From positions 352,001-416,000 of the forward strand of contig CAVTHK010000011.1 in NCBI GenBank assembly GCA_963734495.1: a stretch of DNA of 64,000 nt, given 5' to 3'. This DNA is from an uncultured Spirochaetota bacterium (GTDB lineage: Bacteria; Spirochaetota; Spirochaetia; SZUA-6; CAVTHK01). Positions 20,741-31,060 of this stretch are shown here, in pieces; the first letter of the stretch is position 1; every line of letters begins with the position of its first letter. Position numbers and translations under genes: made by a program. Under the pieces are notes generated by a model. The model was not told the origin of the DNA. It ran no database searches and worked only from the letters and a program-made list of their open reading frames with translations.

Positions 20741-20747
20741 AGGAGCC

Positions 20748-21794
20748 ATGAACGCGATGTTTCTCGAGGTCCGAGGCCTGCACACCTTCTTCTTCACAGA
20801 CGAAGGAGTGGTCAAGGCCGTCAATGGCGTGGACTTCTCGATCCCGAAAGGCCGCACCGTGTGCCTGGTGGGCGAAAGCGGCTGCGGCAAGTCCGTCACA
20901 GCCCGCTCGATCCTGCAGATCGTCGACGCGCCGGGACGCATCGTTTCGGGGCAGATCCTGATGCGCCGCGGCGATGAGACTGTGGACCTCGCCGAGCTCG
21001 ACCCGCGGGGCGACGAGATCCGCGCGATCCGGGGCAAGGAGATCGCGATGATCTTCCAGGAGCCGATGAGCTCGCTCTCCTCCCTGCACACGATCGGCGA
21101 CCAGATCACCGAGGCGATCCAGCTCCACACGCCGATGAGCGACGCCGACGCGCGGGCGCGCGCGATCGAGCTCCTCGGCCACGTCGGGATCCCCAAGGCG
21201 GAGACGCGCCTCGAAACCTACCCGTTCCAGCTCTCGGGCGGCATGCGGCAGCGCGCGATGATCGCCATGGCGCTCTCGTGCAACCCGAGCCTGCTGATCG
21301 CCGACGAGCCGACGACGGCGCTCGACGTCACGACGCAGGCCACGATCCTCGACCTGATCCAGGGGCTGCAGCAGGAGTACGGCATGGCGGTCCTGTTCAT
21401 CACGCACGACCTCGGCGTCGTGGCCGAGATCGCCGACGAGGTCGTCGTGATGTACCTCGGCCAGGTCGCCGAGAGCGGGCCGGTCGACGCGATCTTCCAC
21501 GACGCGAAACACCCGTACACGCAGGCCCTCCTCGAGTCGATCCCGCGCCTCGCCACGAAGCGCATCCCGCGGCTCGCCTCGATCCGCGGGATGGTGCCGC
21601 ACCCCTTCCGCAGGCCGGGCGGCTGCCCGTTCCATCCGCGCTGCGACCGCGCGATCGCCGGAGCGTGCGAGGTGCTCGACCCGCCGGTGGAGCGGGCAGG
21701 GGAGGGGCACGCGGTGCGCTGCCTGCTCTATTCGGACGTGGAGGCGCTCAAGGCATCGGCGTCCGACGGCGCGCGGGCCGGAGGGGCGCGCTGA
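20748..21794 (+). CDS. OppD/DppD-like ABC ATPase
   Basis: [36 protein letters not shown]. Confidence 0.94.
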   Translation: MNAMFLEVRGLHTFFFTDEGVVKAVNGVDFSIPKGRTVCLVGESGCGKSVTARSILQIVDAPGRIVSGQILMRRGDETVDLAELDPRGDEIRAIRGKEIAMIFQEPMSSLSSLHTIGDQITEAIQLHTPMSDADARARAIELLGHVGIPKAETRLETYPFQLSGGMRQRAMIAMALSCNPSLLIADEPTTALDVTTQATILDLIQGLQQEYGMAVLFITHDLGVVAEIADEVVVMYLGQVAESGPVDAIFHDAKHPYTQALLESIPRLATKRIPRLASIRGMVPHPFRRPGGCPFHPRCDRAIAGACEVLDPPVERAGEGHAVRCLLYSDVEALKASASDGARAGGAR

Positions 21795-22820
21795 TGGCGA
21801 AGGGGACGCTGCTGGAAATCAAGGGCCTCAAGATGCATTTCGCCGTGCGCCACGGCCTTTTCAAGGCGCCGAGCGGCTGGGTGCGGGCCGTCGACGACGT
21901 GAGCTTCGCGATCCGCGAAGGCGAGACGCTCGGGCTCGTCGGCGAAAGCGGCTGCGGCAAGACCACGCTCGGCCGCTGCGTGCTCCGCGTCTACCAGCCG
22001 ACCTCCGGCGAGATCCTCTACACGGGCCCCGAGGGACGCATCGTCGACCTCGCGACGCTCGAGCCGCGCGAGCTGCAGCCGTACCGCCGCGAGATCCGCA
22101 TGGTGTTCCAGGACCCGCAGTCGTCGTTGAACCCGCGCCTCTCCGTGCTGCAGATCGTCGGCGAGCCGCTCTACGTCAACGGCGTGGCCCAGGGCCGCGA
22201 GCTCGAGGACCGCGTCGCGGCCCTGCTCGCCCGCGTGGGCCTGCGCCCCGAGTACATCCGCCGCTACCCGCACGCGTTCTCCGGCGGCGAGCGGCAGCGC
22301 ATCGGCATCGCGCGCGCGCTCGCCCTCAACCCGCGCCTGGTCGTGGCTGACGAGGCCGTCTCCGCGCTCGACGTTTCCGTGCGCGCGCAGACGCTCAACC
22401 TGCTTCAGGATCTGCAGAAGGACTTCAATCTCACCTATCTCTTCGTCGCCCACGACCTGAGCGTCGTGCAGCATGTGAGCGACCGCGTGGCCGTGATGTA
22501 CGTCGGCAAGCTCGTGGAGCTCGCCTCTACCGAGGAGCTCTATTTCCGGCCGCACCACCCGTACACCGAAGCGTTGATGTCCGCGGTCCCCCGGCCCGAC
22601 CCGCGCGGCCGCCGCAAGGGCAGCCGCATCCGCCTCGAAGGCGAGGTCGCGGACCCCGCGCACCCACCCTCCGGCTGCTACTTCCACCCGCGCTGCCGCT
22701 ACGCCGAGGAGCGCTGCCGCGCCGAGGCGCCGCCGCTCGCTCGACGTCGGCGGCGGCCACTGGGCGGCCTGCCACTTTGCCGGCGAGCTCGCGCTCAAGG
22801 GCGTCGCGGACCAGACATAA
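21794..22820 (+). CDS. OppF/DppF-like ABC ATPase; frameshift near 22740
   Basis: [37 protein letters not shown]; shifted tail HWAACHF. Confidence 0.9.
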
Positions 22821-22842
22821 CATGGAGGACAGGAGGAGTAGA

Positions 22843-25045
22843 ATGAAGAAGGCCGCCGCCAGGAAGCCCCCTCGCAAACCCGTCGCGCAAAGCGGCGGCG
22901 AAGCCCGCGCGCAAGCCCGCGCGCGGGCCCGCGGCATCTTTCGCCAACCCTTTCGAGCGCGCCATGCGCTGGGCTCAGCTCACGCTCGTGGAGAACGATC
23001 CCGGCCGCTTCGACCCCGACTTCTGGCTGGATTACTTCCGCCGCACGCACTCCGACGGCGCGGTCCTCTCGGCCGCCGGCTACATGTGCTACTACCCGAC
23101 GAAGATCCCCTTCCACCACAGGAGCCGCTGGATGGGCGAAAGCGACCCGTTCGGCTACCTCGTCGCGGGCTGCCGCCGCATGGGCATGGCGGTGATCGCG
23201 CGCTCCGACCCGCACGCGATGCACCAGGACGCGTACGAGGCGCACCCGGAGTGGGCGCACCGCAAGGCCGACGGCTCCGCCTGGCGCCACTGGGCCATGC
23301 CGGAGCTCTGGGTCACGTGCGCGCTCGGCCCGTGCAACTTCGACTTCATGACGCAGGTGCATCGCGAGCTCGCTGGTCTCTACGATATCGACGGCATCTT
23401 CTCCAACCGCTGGCACGGCCACGGCGTCTGCTACTGCGAGAGCTGCCGGCGCCTCTTCCGCGAGGCGAGCGGCCGCGAGATCCCCACGACGCCGCACGAC
23501 CCGCGCGACGAGGCCTGGAAGGCGTACGAGGTGTTCAAGGAGAACCGCCTCTTCGAGCTCTGCGCCGTCTGGGACAAGGCCATAAAAGAAGTGCGCCCCT
23601 CCGCGAGCTACATCCCCAACAGCGGCGGCGGCGCGCTCAGCCGCCTCGACATGAAGCGGCTCGGCTCGCTCGTGCCGATCCTGTTCGCCGACCGCCAGGG
23701 GAGGCGTGGCGTCATGGCGCCGTGGGCCAACGGCCAGTGCGCCAAGGAGTACCGCGGTGGCCTCGGCGACAAGCCGATCGGAGGCATCTTTTCCGTCGGC
23801 GCGGGCGAAGAGTACCGCTGGAAGGACTCGACCGAGAGCCCGGCCGAGCTGCGGATATGGGCGCACGACGGCATCGCGCACGGCATGCGGCCGTGGTTCA
23901 CGAAGTTCCGCGGCGTGATCCCGGACCGCCGCTGGCTCAAAGTGGTCGAGGAGATCTACGGCTGGCACCACCGCGCCGAGCGCTACCTGCGCAACAAGCG
24001 CAACCTCGCGCGCGTGGCTATCGTGTACTCGCAGCAGACCGGCGCGTTCTACGGCGGCCCCGAGGGCGTTGCGCCCGACGCGCGCAAGTGGGTCGAGCAG
24101 CCGATCGACGGCTTCTACCAGGCGCTCGTGGAGGCGCGCATTCCCTTCGAGATGCTGCACGAGGGCTACCTCGACGAGGCGCACGTCGCGGGCTTCCGCA
24201 CGCTGATCCTGCCGAACACGGCGGCCCTTTCGGCGAGCCAGTGCGAGCAGATACGCGCCTTCGCGCGCAGAGGCGGCAGCGTGGTCGCCACGTTCGAGAG
24301 CTCGCGCTACGACGAGCGCGGGCACCGGCGCGCGGACCTCGGCTTGAGCGACCTCTTCGGCGTGCGCGCGGCCGGCGAGGTCGAGGGCCCGCTGCGGAAC
24401 TCCTACCTTCGCATCCACCCCTACGCCGAGTCGGGCCCGCTGCTCGCCGGGCTCGAGGATGCCGAGCGCATCGTCAACGCCGTGCACAGGCTGCCGGTCG
24501 AGCCGACGAAAGCCTTCAATTTCAAACCCGTGACATTTGTTCCTCCGTACCCGGACCTTCCCATGGAAGAAGTCTACCCGCGCGAGGAGGACTCGGGTCA
24601 CGCGGAGCTGTACTTGCGCGAGCTCGAGGGCGGCGGCCGCGTCGCCTACTTTTCGAACGACATGGACCGCACGTTCGCGGAGCTGCTCGTCGCGGATCAC
24701 GGCAGGCTGCTCGCCGGCGCGGTGGCGTGGGCGGCGAACGAGACGCCGCCGGTCGTCGTGCGCGGGCCGGGGTTCCTGGACGTCGCGGTGTGGGAGCAGG
24801 AGCAATCGCTCACCGTGCACATCGTCAACATGACGAACCCGATGGCCATGCGCGGCAGCTTCCGCGAGCTCTACCCGGTCGGCCCGCTCGAGGTGGACCT
24901 GGCCGTTCCCGCGGGCAGGCGCGCCGCGGGCGTGCGGCTGCTCACGGCGGGCGGAGCGCCTGCGCACCGCGCCTCACGCGGCCGGCTGCGCGTGACCGTG
25001 CCCCTCGTCGCGTGCCACGAGGTCGTCGCGGTCGACCTGGAGTAG
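22843..25045 (+). CDS. GHL6-like putative glycoside hydrolase (TIM barrel plus beta-galactosidase trimerisation-like domain); frameshift near 22880
   Basis: [54 protein letters not shown] before 22843. Confidence 0.78.
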
Positions 25046-25141
25046 CGCACGCCGCTCCGTCGACGGCTGCGGCCACGCGTGCTACCATGAGCGCACTGCC
25101 GGCGGGGCCTGGTGTGCGTCCCCGCGTCAAAGGAGAAACTC

Positions 25142-26368
25142 ATGGAGAAGCTGGCGATCCAGGGAGGGCCGCGGGCCAAGGGGAAACCGTTCCCGCCGTG
25201 GCCGATGTTCGACGACGCGGAACGGAAGGCGCTCGCGGATGTTCTGGAGAGCCGGGTGTGGTGGAGGACGCCGGGGACCCAGACGCTCGCCTTTGAGCGC
25301 GAGTTCGCCGATTCCCAGGGCGCGCGCTTCGGCATAGCGGTCACGAACGGCACCGCCGCGATCGAAGTCCCGATCGCCGCGCTCGGCATAGGCCGGGGGG
25401 ACGAGGTCATCGTCCCCGACTACACCTTTGTCGCGACGGCGAGCGCCGTGATGTCCACCGGAGCCCTGCCCGTCTTGGTGGACGTCAGGCCCGACACGTA
25501 CTGCATCGACCCCGACCTGGTGGAGGCGGCCATAGGCGAGCGCACCAAGGCGATCATCGCCGTGCACATGGGAGGCCACCCGGCGGATCTCGATCGCCTG
25601 ACGGCGATCGCCTCGGCCCATAAGCTGGCGCTGATCGAGGACTCCGCTCACGCCCATTCCAGCCGCTGGAGAGGGAAAGGCGTCGGCACCTTTGGGATTG
25701 CGGGCACCTTCAGCTTCCAGGCGAGCAAGCTCATGACCGCGGGCGAAGGCGGAGCCATCCTGACGAACGACGCGGACTTCGAACGGGTGGCCCGGTCGGT
25801 GCACGACTGCGGCCGCATGCCCGGCAAATGGTTCTACGATCACTTTATCTACGCCTCCAACTTCAGGTTGTCCGAGTGGCAGGGGGCCATCCTGCGGGTC
25901 CAGCTCTCCCGCCTGGCCGAGCAGACCGAGAGACGGTTCAGGAACGCGCGCCTGCTGGATTCGCTGCTCTCCCGGATTCCCGGCATCACGCCGCAGATCC
26001 TGGACCCCCGCTGCACGCACAACGGGCATTACGCCTACATCTACGACTGGGACTCTCCGCAATTCGCCGGCATCTCCCGCGAGCGGTACATCGAGGCTCT
26101 GGCGGCCGAAGGGATTCCCGACCAGGCGAGCTATCCTCCCGTTCACGCCCTGGACCTGTTCCGCGGCGAAGCGCTGGGCGGCCGGATCGGCCGCGAGGCC
26201 CTGCCCCGCATGAAGAAGATGCTGGCCGGGCCCTTTACCAACTCCGATCGAGCGGCGACCCGGTCGGTGTGGATCCCGCAGCCCGCGCTCCTGGGCGATG
26301 AGGAGGACATGCACGAGATCGCGGCCGCGATCCGCAAGATCCAGGAGAACGCTCGGGAGCTGCGGTAG
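25142..26368 (+). CDS. DegT/DnrJ/EryC1/StrS PLP enzyme, RifK/AHBA-synthase-like
   Basis: WPMFDDAERKAL, VTNGT, IEDSAHAH, TFSFQASKLMTAGEGG (PLP Lys), SNFRLSE. Confidence 0.9.
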   Translation: MEKLAIQGGPRAKGKPFPPWPMFDDAERKALADVLESRVWWRTPGTQTLAFEREFADSQGARFGIAVTNGTAAIEVPIAALGIGRGDEVIVPDYTFVATASAVMSTGALPVLVDVRPDTYCIDPDLVEAAIGERTKAIIAVHMGGHPADLDRLTAIASAHKLALIEDSAHAHSSRWRGKGVGTFGIAGTFSFQASKLMTAGEGGAILTNDADFERVARSVHDCGRMPGKWFYDHFIYASNFRLSEWQGAILRVQLSRLAEQTERRFRNARLLDSLLSRIPGITPQILDPRCTHNGHYAYIYDWDSPQFAGISRERYIEALAAEGIPDQASYPPVHALDLFRGEALGGRIGREALPRMKKMLAGPFTNSDRAATRSVWIPQPALLGDEEDMHEIAAAIRKIQENARELR

Positions 26369-26450
26369 GGTACGACGCCCGGGCCAGGCTCTATCGCTTT
26401 CGCGGCAAGGGTGTCGCAGGCGGTCCGCGGGCGACCGATGGGTGGCAGCG

Positions 26451-26478
26451 TTGACAACTGGTCGAAGCGTTGTATGCT
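26451..26478 (+). promoter_or_regulatory. Putative sigma70 promoter for sugar ABC operon 2
   Basis: TTGACA-16 nt-TATGCT. Confidence 0.55.
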
Positions 26479-26528
26479 TTCCGAAGGCGCTACGGCGCCG
26501 CCGCAGAATAACAGGTTGGAGGTGCCCG

Positions 26529-27816
26529 ATGAAACGAGCGTTGGTTCTCTTGTTCGCGCTGGCCCTCACCGCGGGGCTGTGCTGGGCTGGAGGAGGCCAG
26601 GAGTCGTCGACTGCCCCCATCAAGCTTCTTCACTATGGGCACACTCAGCCGCCCTACGACGGCCTCATCGCCAGGAACATAAAGACCTTCATGTCCAGTC
26701 ATCCCAACATCACCGTGGAGTACGTGGTCTTTGCCGACCCGGACCTGCTGAACAAGGTCCAGACGGCCATGGCGGGCGGTCAGGCGCCTGACTCGTTCAC
26801 CCTTTCCGGCGCGTCGGCTCCCGTGTTCCTGGAGAAGGGCCTTCTGGCCAGGATCGATCCCGCGGGGTTCGGCAAGAAGACCGTGCAGGAAGTCGTCGAC
26901 ATGTGGCAGGAAGGCTCGATCAAGGCGGCAGGCGGCTTCTTCAAGGGCGAGTACTACGGCATCCCCTATGAGCTGAGCAATTACTGCGCCTGGCTCAACA
27001 AGGAGCACTTTGTAGCAGGCGGGGCTCGACCCGGAGGCTGCCACACGCTCGACCTGGGAGCAGTTCACCGCCGCCGGCAAGAAGCTCACCGTGGATGTGG
27101 GCGGCGTGCGCAAGCGCAACGGATTCGGCGTCAATTTCAAGACCGCCGGATTCGTGGTCAACGTGAGCTACCCGATGCTCTACGGGGCCGGCGCGGGACT
27201 GGTCAACGACACGGTCAGCCAGGGGCTTCTCGATCAGCCGGGGGCGGCGCGGGCAGTGACGACCCTCACGGACTGGATCCTCAAGGACAAGATCTGGGAC
27301 CCGGGCCTGGTCACCGACGACCGCGAGGGGTTCGGCAACGGGCTGCTGTCCATGTTCCTGACGGGGGGCGCCTGGTATTGGGGGACGATGAAGTCTCAGT
27401 ACCCGAACATGTACGACAAGGCGAAGGTCGTCCCCTACCCCAGGTACGCGGACGGAAAGGACTTCGGGGGCATAGGCTACGGCTACGCCACGTACGTGAC
27501 CAAGAGCGGGAAGCACCAGAAGGAAGCGTGGATGGTGGCGGATGCCATCGCCTCCACGCCGGATGACTTTATCAAGAACGGGCTGTTCCAGCCGCGCAAG
27601 GGCTACAGCGAGCAGGCCGCCAAGGACGCGCTTCCGAGCTGGGACATCTTCGGCGCGGAGCTCAAGCACGCTTCCCCGCGGCCGCTGACCATGTACTACA
27701 AGGAGATCACGGACACCTACTTCAAGGCGCTGTCCGAGATCGTCTACGACAAAAAGGGCGTCGCGCAGGCGTTGCAGGAAGCAAACACCAAGATCAACTC
27801 CATCATCAAGCAGTAG
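26529..27816 (+). CDS. Sugar ABC substrate-binding protein; frameshift near 27020
   Basis: MKRALVLL...WAGGGQE signal; GQAPD, YYGIPY; continues in ORF 27091-27816. Confidence 0.85.
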
Positions 27817-27883
27817 TCGCTTCGCCGTGGGTGCGCGGTTGCCGCGCACCCACGCTGCCATCCGGACCCCGGAAGCAGGAGCC

Positions 27884-28753
27884 ATGCGCGCGCGCAACGT
27901 CAACAACGCCGGCTACTGGTTCGTCCTGCCGACGTTCGCCCTGTTCATCGTGTTCCTCATCCTGCCGATGGCCAATGCATTCCGCCTCAGCCTGTACAAG
28001 TGGGACCTGCTGGGGCCGAAGCTCTGGGTCGGCTTCAAGCAATACCGGCTGCTGCTCGCAGACAAAGAGTTCGTGCATTCCTGGGTCCGGACTCTCTACT
28101 TCACGCTGATCAGCGCGACGCTGCTCGTCGTGCTCTCTTTCGTCTTCGCTCTGCTGGTGGACAGCCGCCGATTGCGCGTGCGGGGGCTCTTTCAGGCCGC
28201 CTACTTCCTCCCCGTCGTCCTGGTGACGCCGGCGGTCGCCGTGGTCTGGAAGCTCATGTTCCAGACCACGGGCATCCTGAACGCGGTAGTTTCGGGGCTC
28301 TTCGGCACGACCGTGGCCTGGCTGGACAACAAGGACATCGCCCTGTACTCCATCATCCTGGTCCAGCTCTGGATCTCGGTGGGATACTACATGGTGATGT
28401 TCATAGCGGGGCTGCAGAACATCCCGATGGAATACCACGAGTCGGCGATGATGGACGGCGCTTCGTGGCTCAAGCGGCTCTTCTCCATCACCGTCCCGCT
28501 GCTGCGGCCGACGGTCGTGCTGGTGCTCGTCACGTGCATCATCTTCGTGTTCGGGCAGTTCCCCATTCCTTTCATCATCTCTCAGGGCGGCCCCAACTAC
28601 TCGACCGAGCTTCTGACGCTGTTCATCTACAGGAATGCCTTTGGATACCTCAAGATCGGCTATGCCTCGGCCGCGTCGGTCTGCTACTTTCTGACCATGC
28701 TTGTCTTTTCCGTCGCTCAGATCCGCATCTTCCAGTCCAGGGACGAAAGGTGA
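27884..28753 (+). CDS. Sugar ABC permease (MalF-like)
   Basis: GLQNIPMEYHESAMMDGA, ITVPLLRP, GYASA. Confidence 0.92.
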   Translation: MRARNVNNAGYWFVLPTFALFIVFLILPMANAFRLSLYKWDLLGPKLWVGFKQYRLLLADKEFVHSWVRTLYFTLISATLLVVLSFVFALLVDSRRLRVRGLFQAAYFLPVVLVTPAVAVVWKLMFQTTGILNAVVSGLFGTTVAWLDNKDIALYSIILVQLWISVGYYMVMFIAGLQNIPMEYHESAMMDGASWLKRLFSITVPLLRPTVVLVLVTCIIFVFGQFPIPFIISQGGPNYSTELLTLFIYRNAFGYLKIGYASAASVCYFLTMLVFSVAQIRIFQSRDER

Positions 28754-28757
28754 GTGC

Positions 28758-29597
28758 ATGAGGACGCGTCCCAAGGTGTCGCGAATTCTGCGGGGTGCGG
28801 CTCACCATGCGGTCGCCGCGGCGATCGGCCTGGTCATGCTTTTCCCCTTTGTCTGGATGATCCTGGGCTCGTTCAAGTTCAACGAGGACGTCCTGAGCAT
28901 CCCGGTCAAGCTCCTGCCGCCGCGGTGGAACTTCTCGAGCTACGCCAACGCGTTCGCTTCCGGTCCCTTTGGCCGCTACTATCTGAACTCGACGATCGTG
29001 CTGCTGGCGGCGGTGGCGCTGAACATCGCCACCTGCACCACGGCGGGGTACGGCTTCGCGAAGTACCGCTTTCGGGGGCGCGAGCTTCTTTTCGGCATCG
29101 TCCTCAGCACGTTGATGGTGCCGATCTACGCCGTGGTCGTGCCGCTGTTCGTGCTGACGCACAATCTCGGCCTGGTGAATACCTATGCGGGCATCATCCT
29201 GCCGCTTTCCCTTTCGGGCTTTGGCGTGTTCCTCATGCGGCAGTTCTTCTACGCGGTCCCCAACGAGCTGCTCGAAGCGGCCCGCATCGACGGGGCCTCC
29301 GAGCTCAGCATATTCCTCCAGGTGGGCGTTCCCCTCTCCCGCGTGGCGGTGGTGGCGCTCGTGATCTTTCACTCCCAGTACGTCTGGAAGAACCTGATCT
29401 GGCCGCTCGTAGTGGTCACGGGCACCGCGCTCAGAACACTTCCCGTCGGCATCGCCCTGTTTGCGGGCGTCTTCTTCACGCCCTATCCGGAGCAGCTCGC
29501 CATGTCCGTTTCCGCCTGCATCCCCCTGGTGGCGCTGTACCTGTTTTTCTCCCAGTATTTCATCCGTGGAACGGTCCTGACCGGCCTCAAGGGATAG
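28758..29597 (+). CDS. Sugar ABC permease (MalG-like)
   Basis: GYGFAKYRFRG, VPNELLEAARIDGA, TGLKG end. Confidence 0.92.
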   Translation: MRTRPKVSRILRGAAHHAVAAAIGLVMLFPFVWMILGSFKFNEDVLSIPVKLLPPRWNFSSYANAFASGPFGRYYLNSTIVLLAAVALNIATCTTAGYGFAKYRFRGRELLFGIVLSTLMVPIYAVVVPLFVLTHNLGLVNTYAGIILPLSLSGFGVFLMRQFFYAVPNELLEAARIDGASELSIFLQVGVPLSRVAVVALVIFHSQYVWKNLIWPLVVVTGTALRTLPVGIALFAGVFFTPYPEQLAMSVSACIPLVALYLFFSQYFIRGTVLTGLKG

Positions 29598-29623
29598 CCT
29601 GGCAGGACGGAGGAGGAAACGAG

Positions 29624-31006
29624 ATGCTGCGCATGGCAATCGGTCACACGGATATCACTCCGCAGGAGAGCGTCCCCCTCCAGGGCTACGGCGACCGCAC
29701 CCACGACTCCGAGGGCGTTCACGACCCGCTGTACGCATACGCCTGGTACTGCGAGAGCCCCGGCGATCCGCCGTTCGTCTGGGTGGCTCTCGACCTGTGC
29801 CTGATGAGCGTGATTACCGCCCGTGAGCTGGCTGCGGCGCTCAGCGCGACGACGGCGATGCCGGCGGATCGGATCTTCATCTCGACGACCCACACGCACT
29901 CAGGTCCGGTCGCGCGCTTCATCAGCCGGGACACAAGCCCCTGGGCCGTGCGCTACTACGGCATGCTCCGTGAGCGGTTGGGCGAGCTGATCCAGGAGAC
30001 CAGACAACGGGCTTTTCGCGGCTCGATCGAGGTGCGGACGGGCGCCAGCCGCATCGGGGTCAATCGTCGCGACGCGGCGGCGCCGATCGATCCCCGCCTG
30101 GTCCTGTTCAGCTTGAAGGACGAAGGGGGGACGCAACGGGGACTCCTCTTCCATTACTCCTGCCATCTCACCGTCCTCGGGGTCGACAACTACCGGGTCA
30201 GCGCCGACTGGGCCGGCCCGGTTCGCGAGTCGCTGCAGAAGGAGCTATCCGTTCCGGTTATGTTCCTGCAAGGCGCCGAAGGAAACGTCGATCCGGCGAG
30301 CCGCGGTGCTTTGGATATGGCGGACCCCGATCAGGCGGTGGGCTCCTCGTTCGACGTCGTCGAGCAGACCGCCCGCACGATGGCCGGAGATATTCGCGCC
30401 GCCAGCGCGACGGCGCCGGTCGCCACCATGGACCGGCTCACCGCTCGAACCTTGACGGTCCATCTGCCGCTGCGCTACGGGGCTCTGAGCCCGGCTCAGG
30501 TCCAGTCGAAGCTGGACGACTGGAAGGAGAAGCTCGGGCGATTCCTGGGAATTCCCGAGGAGAAGGTTCCCGAGGGCGGCATCATCAACGCCATGGTCAA
30601 GGACAGGGCCCGCGCGGGCAGGCTGCCCCCGGAGGAGACGAGGCGGTGGGTGGCGGAACAGTTCGCGTACGGCGCGTTCGTGAGCATCTACAAGACGGGC
30701 GGCGAGCTGATCGACGCCAGGAGGGGCGAAGTCGAGTGCCCCCTGCGCCTGCTGGACGGAGGCGCGGTCAAGCTTCTCGGCATCCCCGCAGAAGCCCTGC
30801 TGGACGTAGCCTTCGACTGGCAGGCCCGGGTCCCCGATGCCATCGCCCTCGTCGCCGGCCTCTTCGGCGGCTGGATCGGGTACCTGCCGCATCGAGCGAA
30901 CTTCGAAGAGCCCAGGGCCTCGGAGCTCTACGAGACGGTGTCCTCGGTTTTCTCGCCGCAGGCCGCAGAGATGCTGCTGGATGCGGTGCGGCAGCCGCCC
31001 GCATGA
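29624..31006 (+). CDS. Neutral/alkaline ceramidase-like metal amidohydrolase
   Basis: DITP...LQGY, HDPLYA, STTHTHSGP, HYSCH, SADW, FLQGAEGN; GGAGG RBS. Confidence 0.78.
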   Translation: MLRMAIGHTDITPQESVPLQGYGDRTHDSEGVHDPLYAYAWYCESPGDPPFVWVALDLCLMSVITARELAAALSATTAMPADRIFISTTHTHSGPVARFISRDTSPWAVRYYGMLRERLGELIQETRQRAFRGSIEVRTGASRIGVNRRDAAAPIDPRLVLFSLKDEGGTQRGLLFHYSCHLTVLGVDNYRVSADWAGPVRESLQKELSVPVMFLQGAEGNVDPASRGALDMADPDQAVGSSFDVVEQTARTMAGDIRAASATAPVATMDRLTARTLTVHLPLRYGALSPAQVQSKLDDWKEKLGRFLGIPEEKVPEGGIINAMVKDRARAGRLPPEETRRWVAEQFAYGAFVSIYKTGGELIDARRGEVECPLRLLDGGAVKLLGIPAEALLDVAFDWQARVPDAIALVAGLFGGWIGYLPHRANFEEPRASELYETVSSVFSPQAAEMLLDAVRQPPA

Positions 31007-31060
31007 GGGCCGGCTCGTCCTGATGCCGCGGTCGCACGACCGTTCGAGCTCGCCTTCGCT

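Noticed and set aside
21728-24967. 1079-aa minus-strand ORF and many other long antisense or alternate-frame ORFs (e.g. 19460-21196, 41703-43256, 22777-25296)
   Set aside because: Shadow ORFs of well-supported genes in high-GC DNA; Arg/Ala/Pro-rich with no recognisable motifs.
28754-31006. 750-aa ORF suggesting a large fusion protein
   Set aside because: The first ~290 codons overlap the permease in another frame; the RBS and motifs start at 29624.
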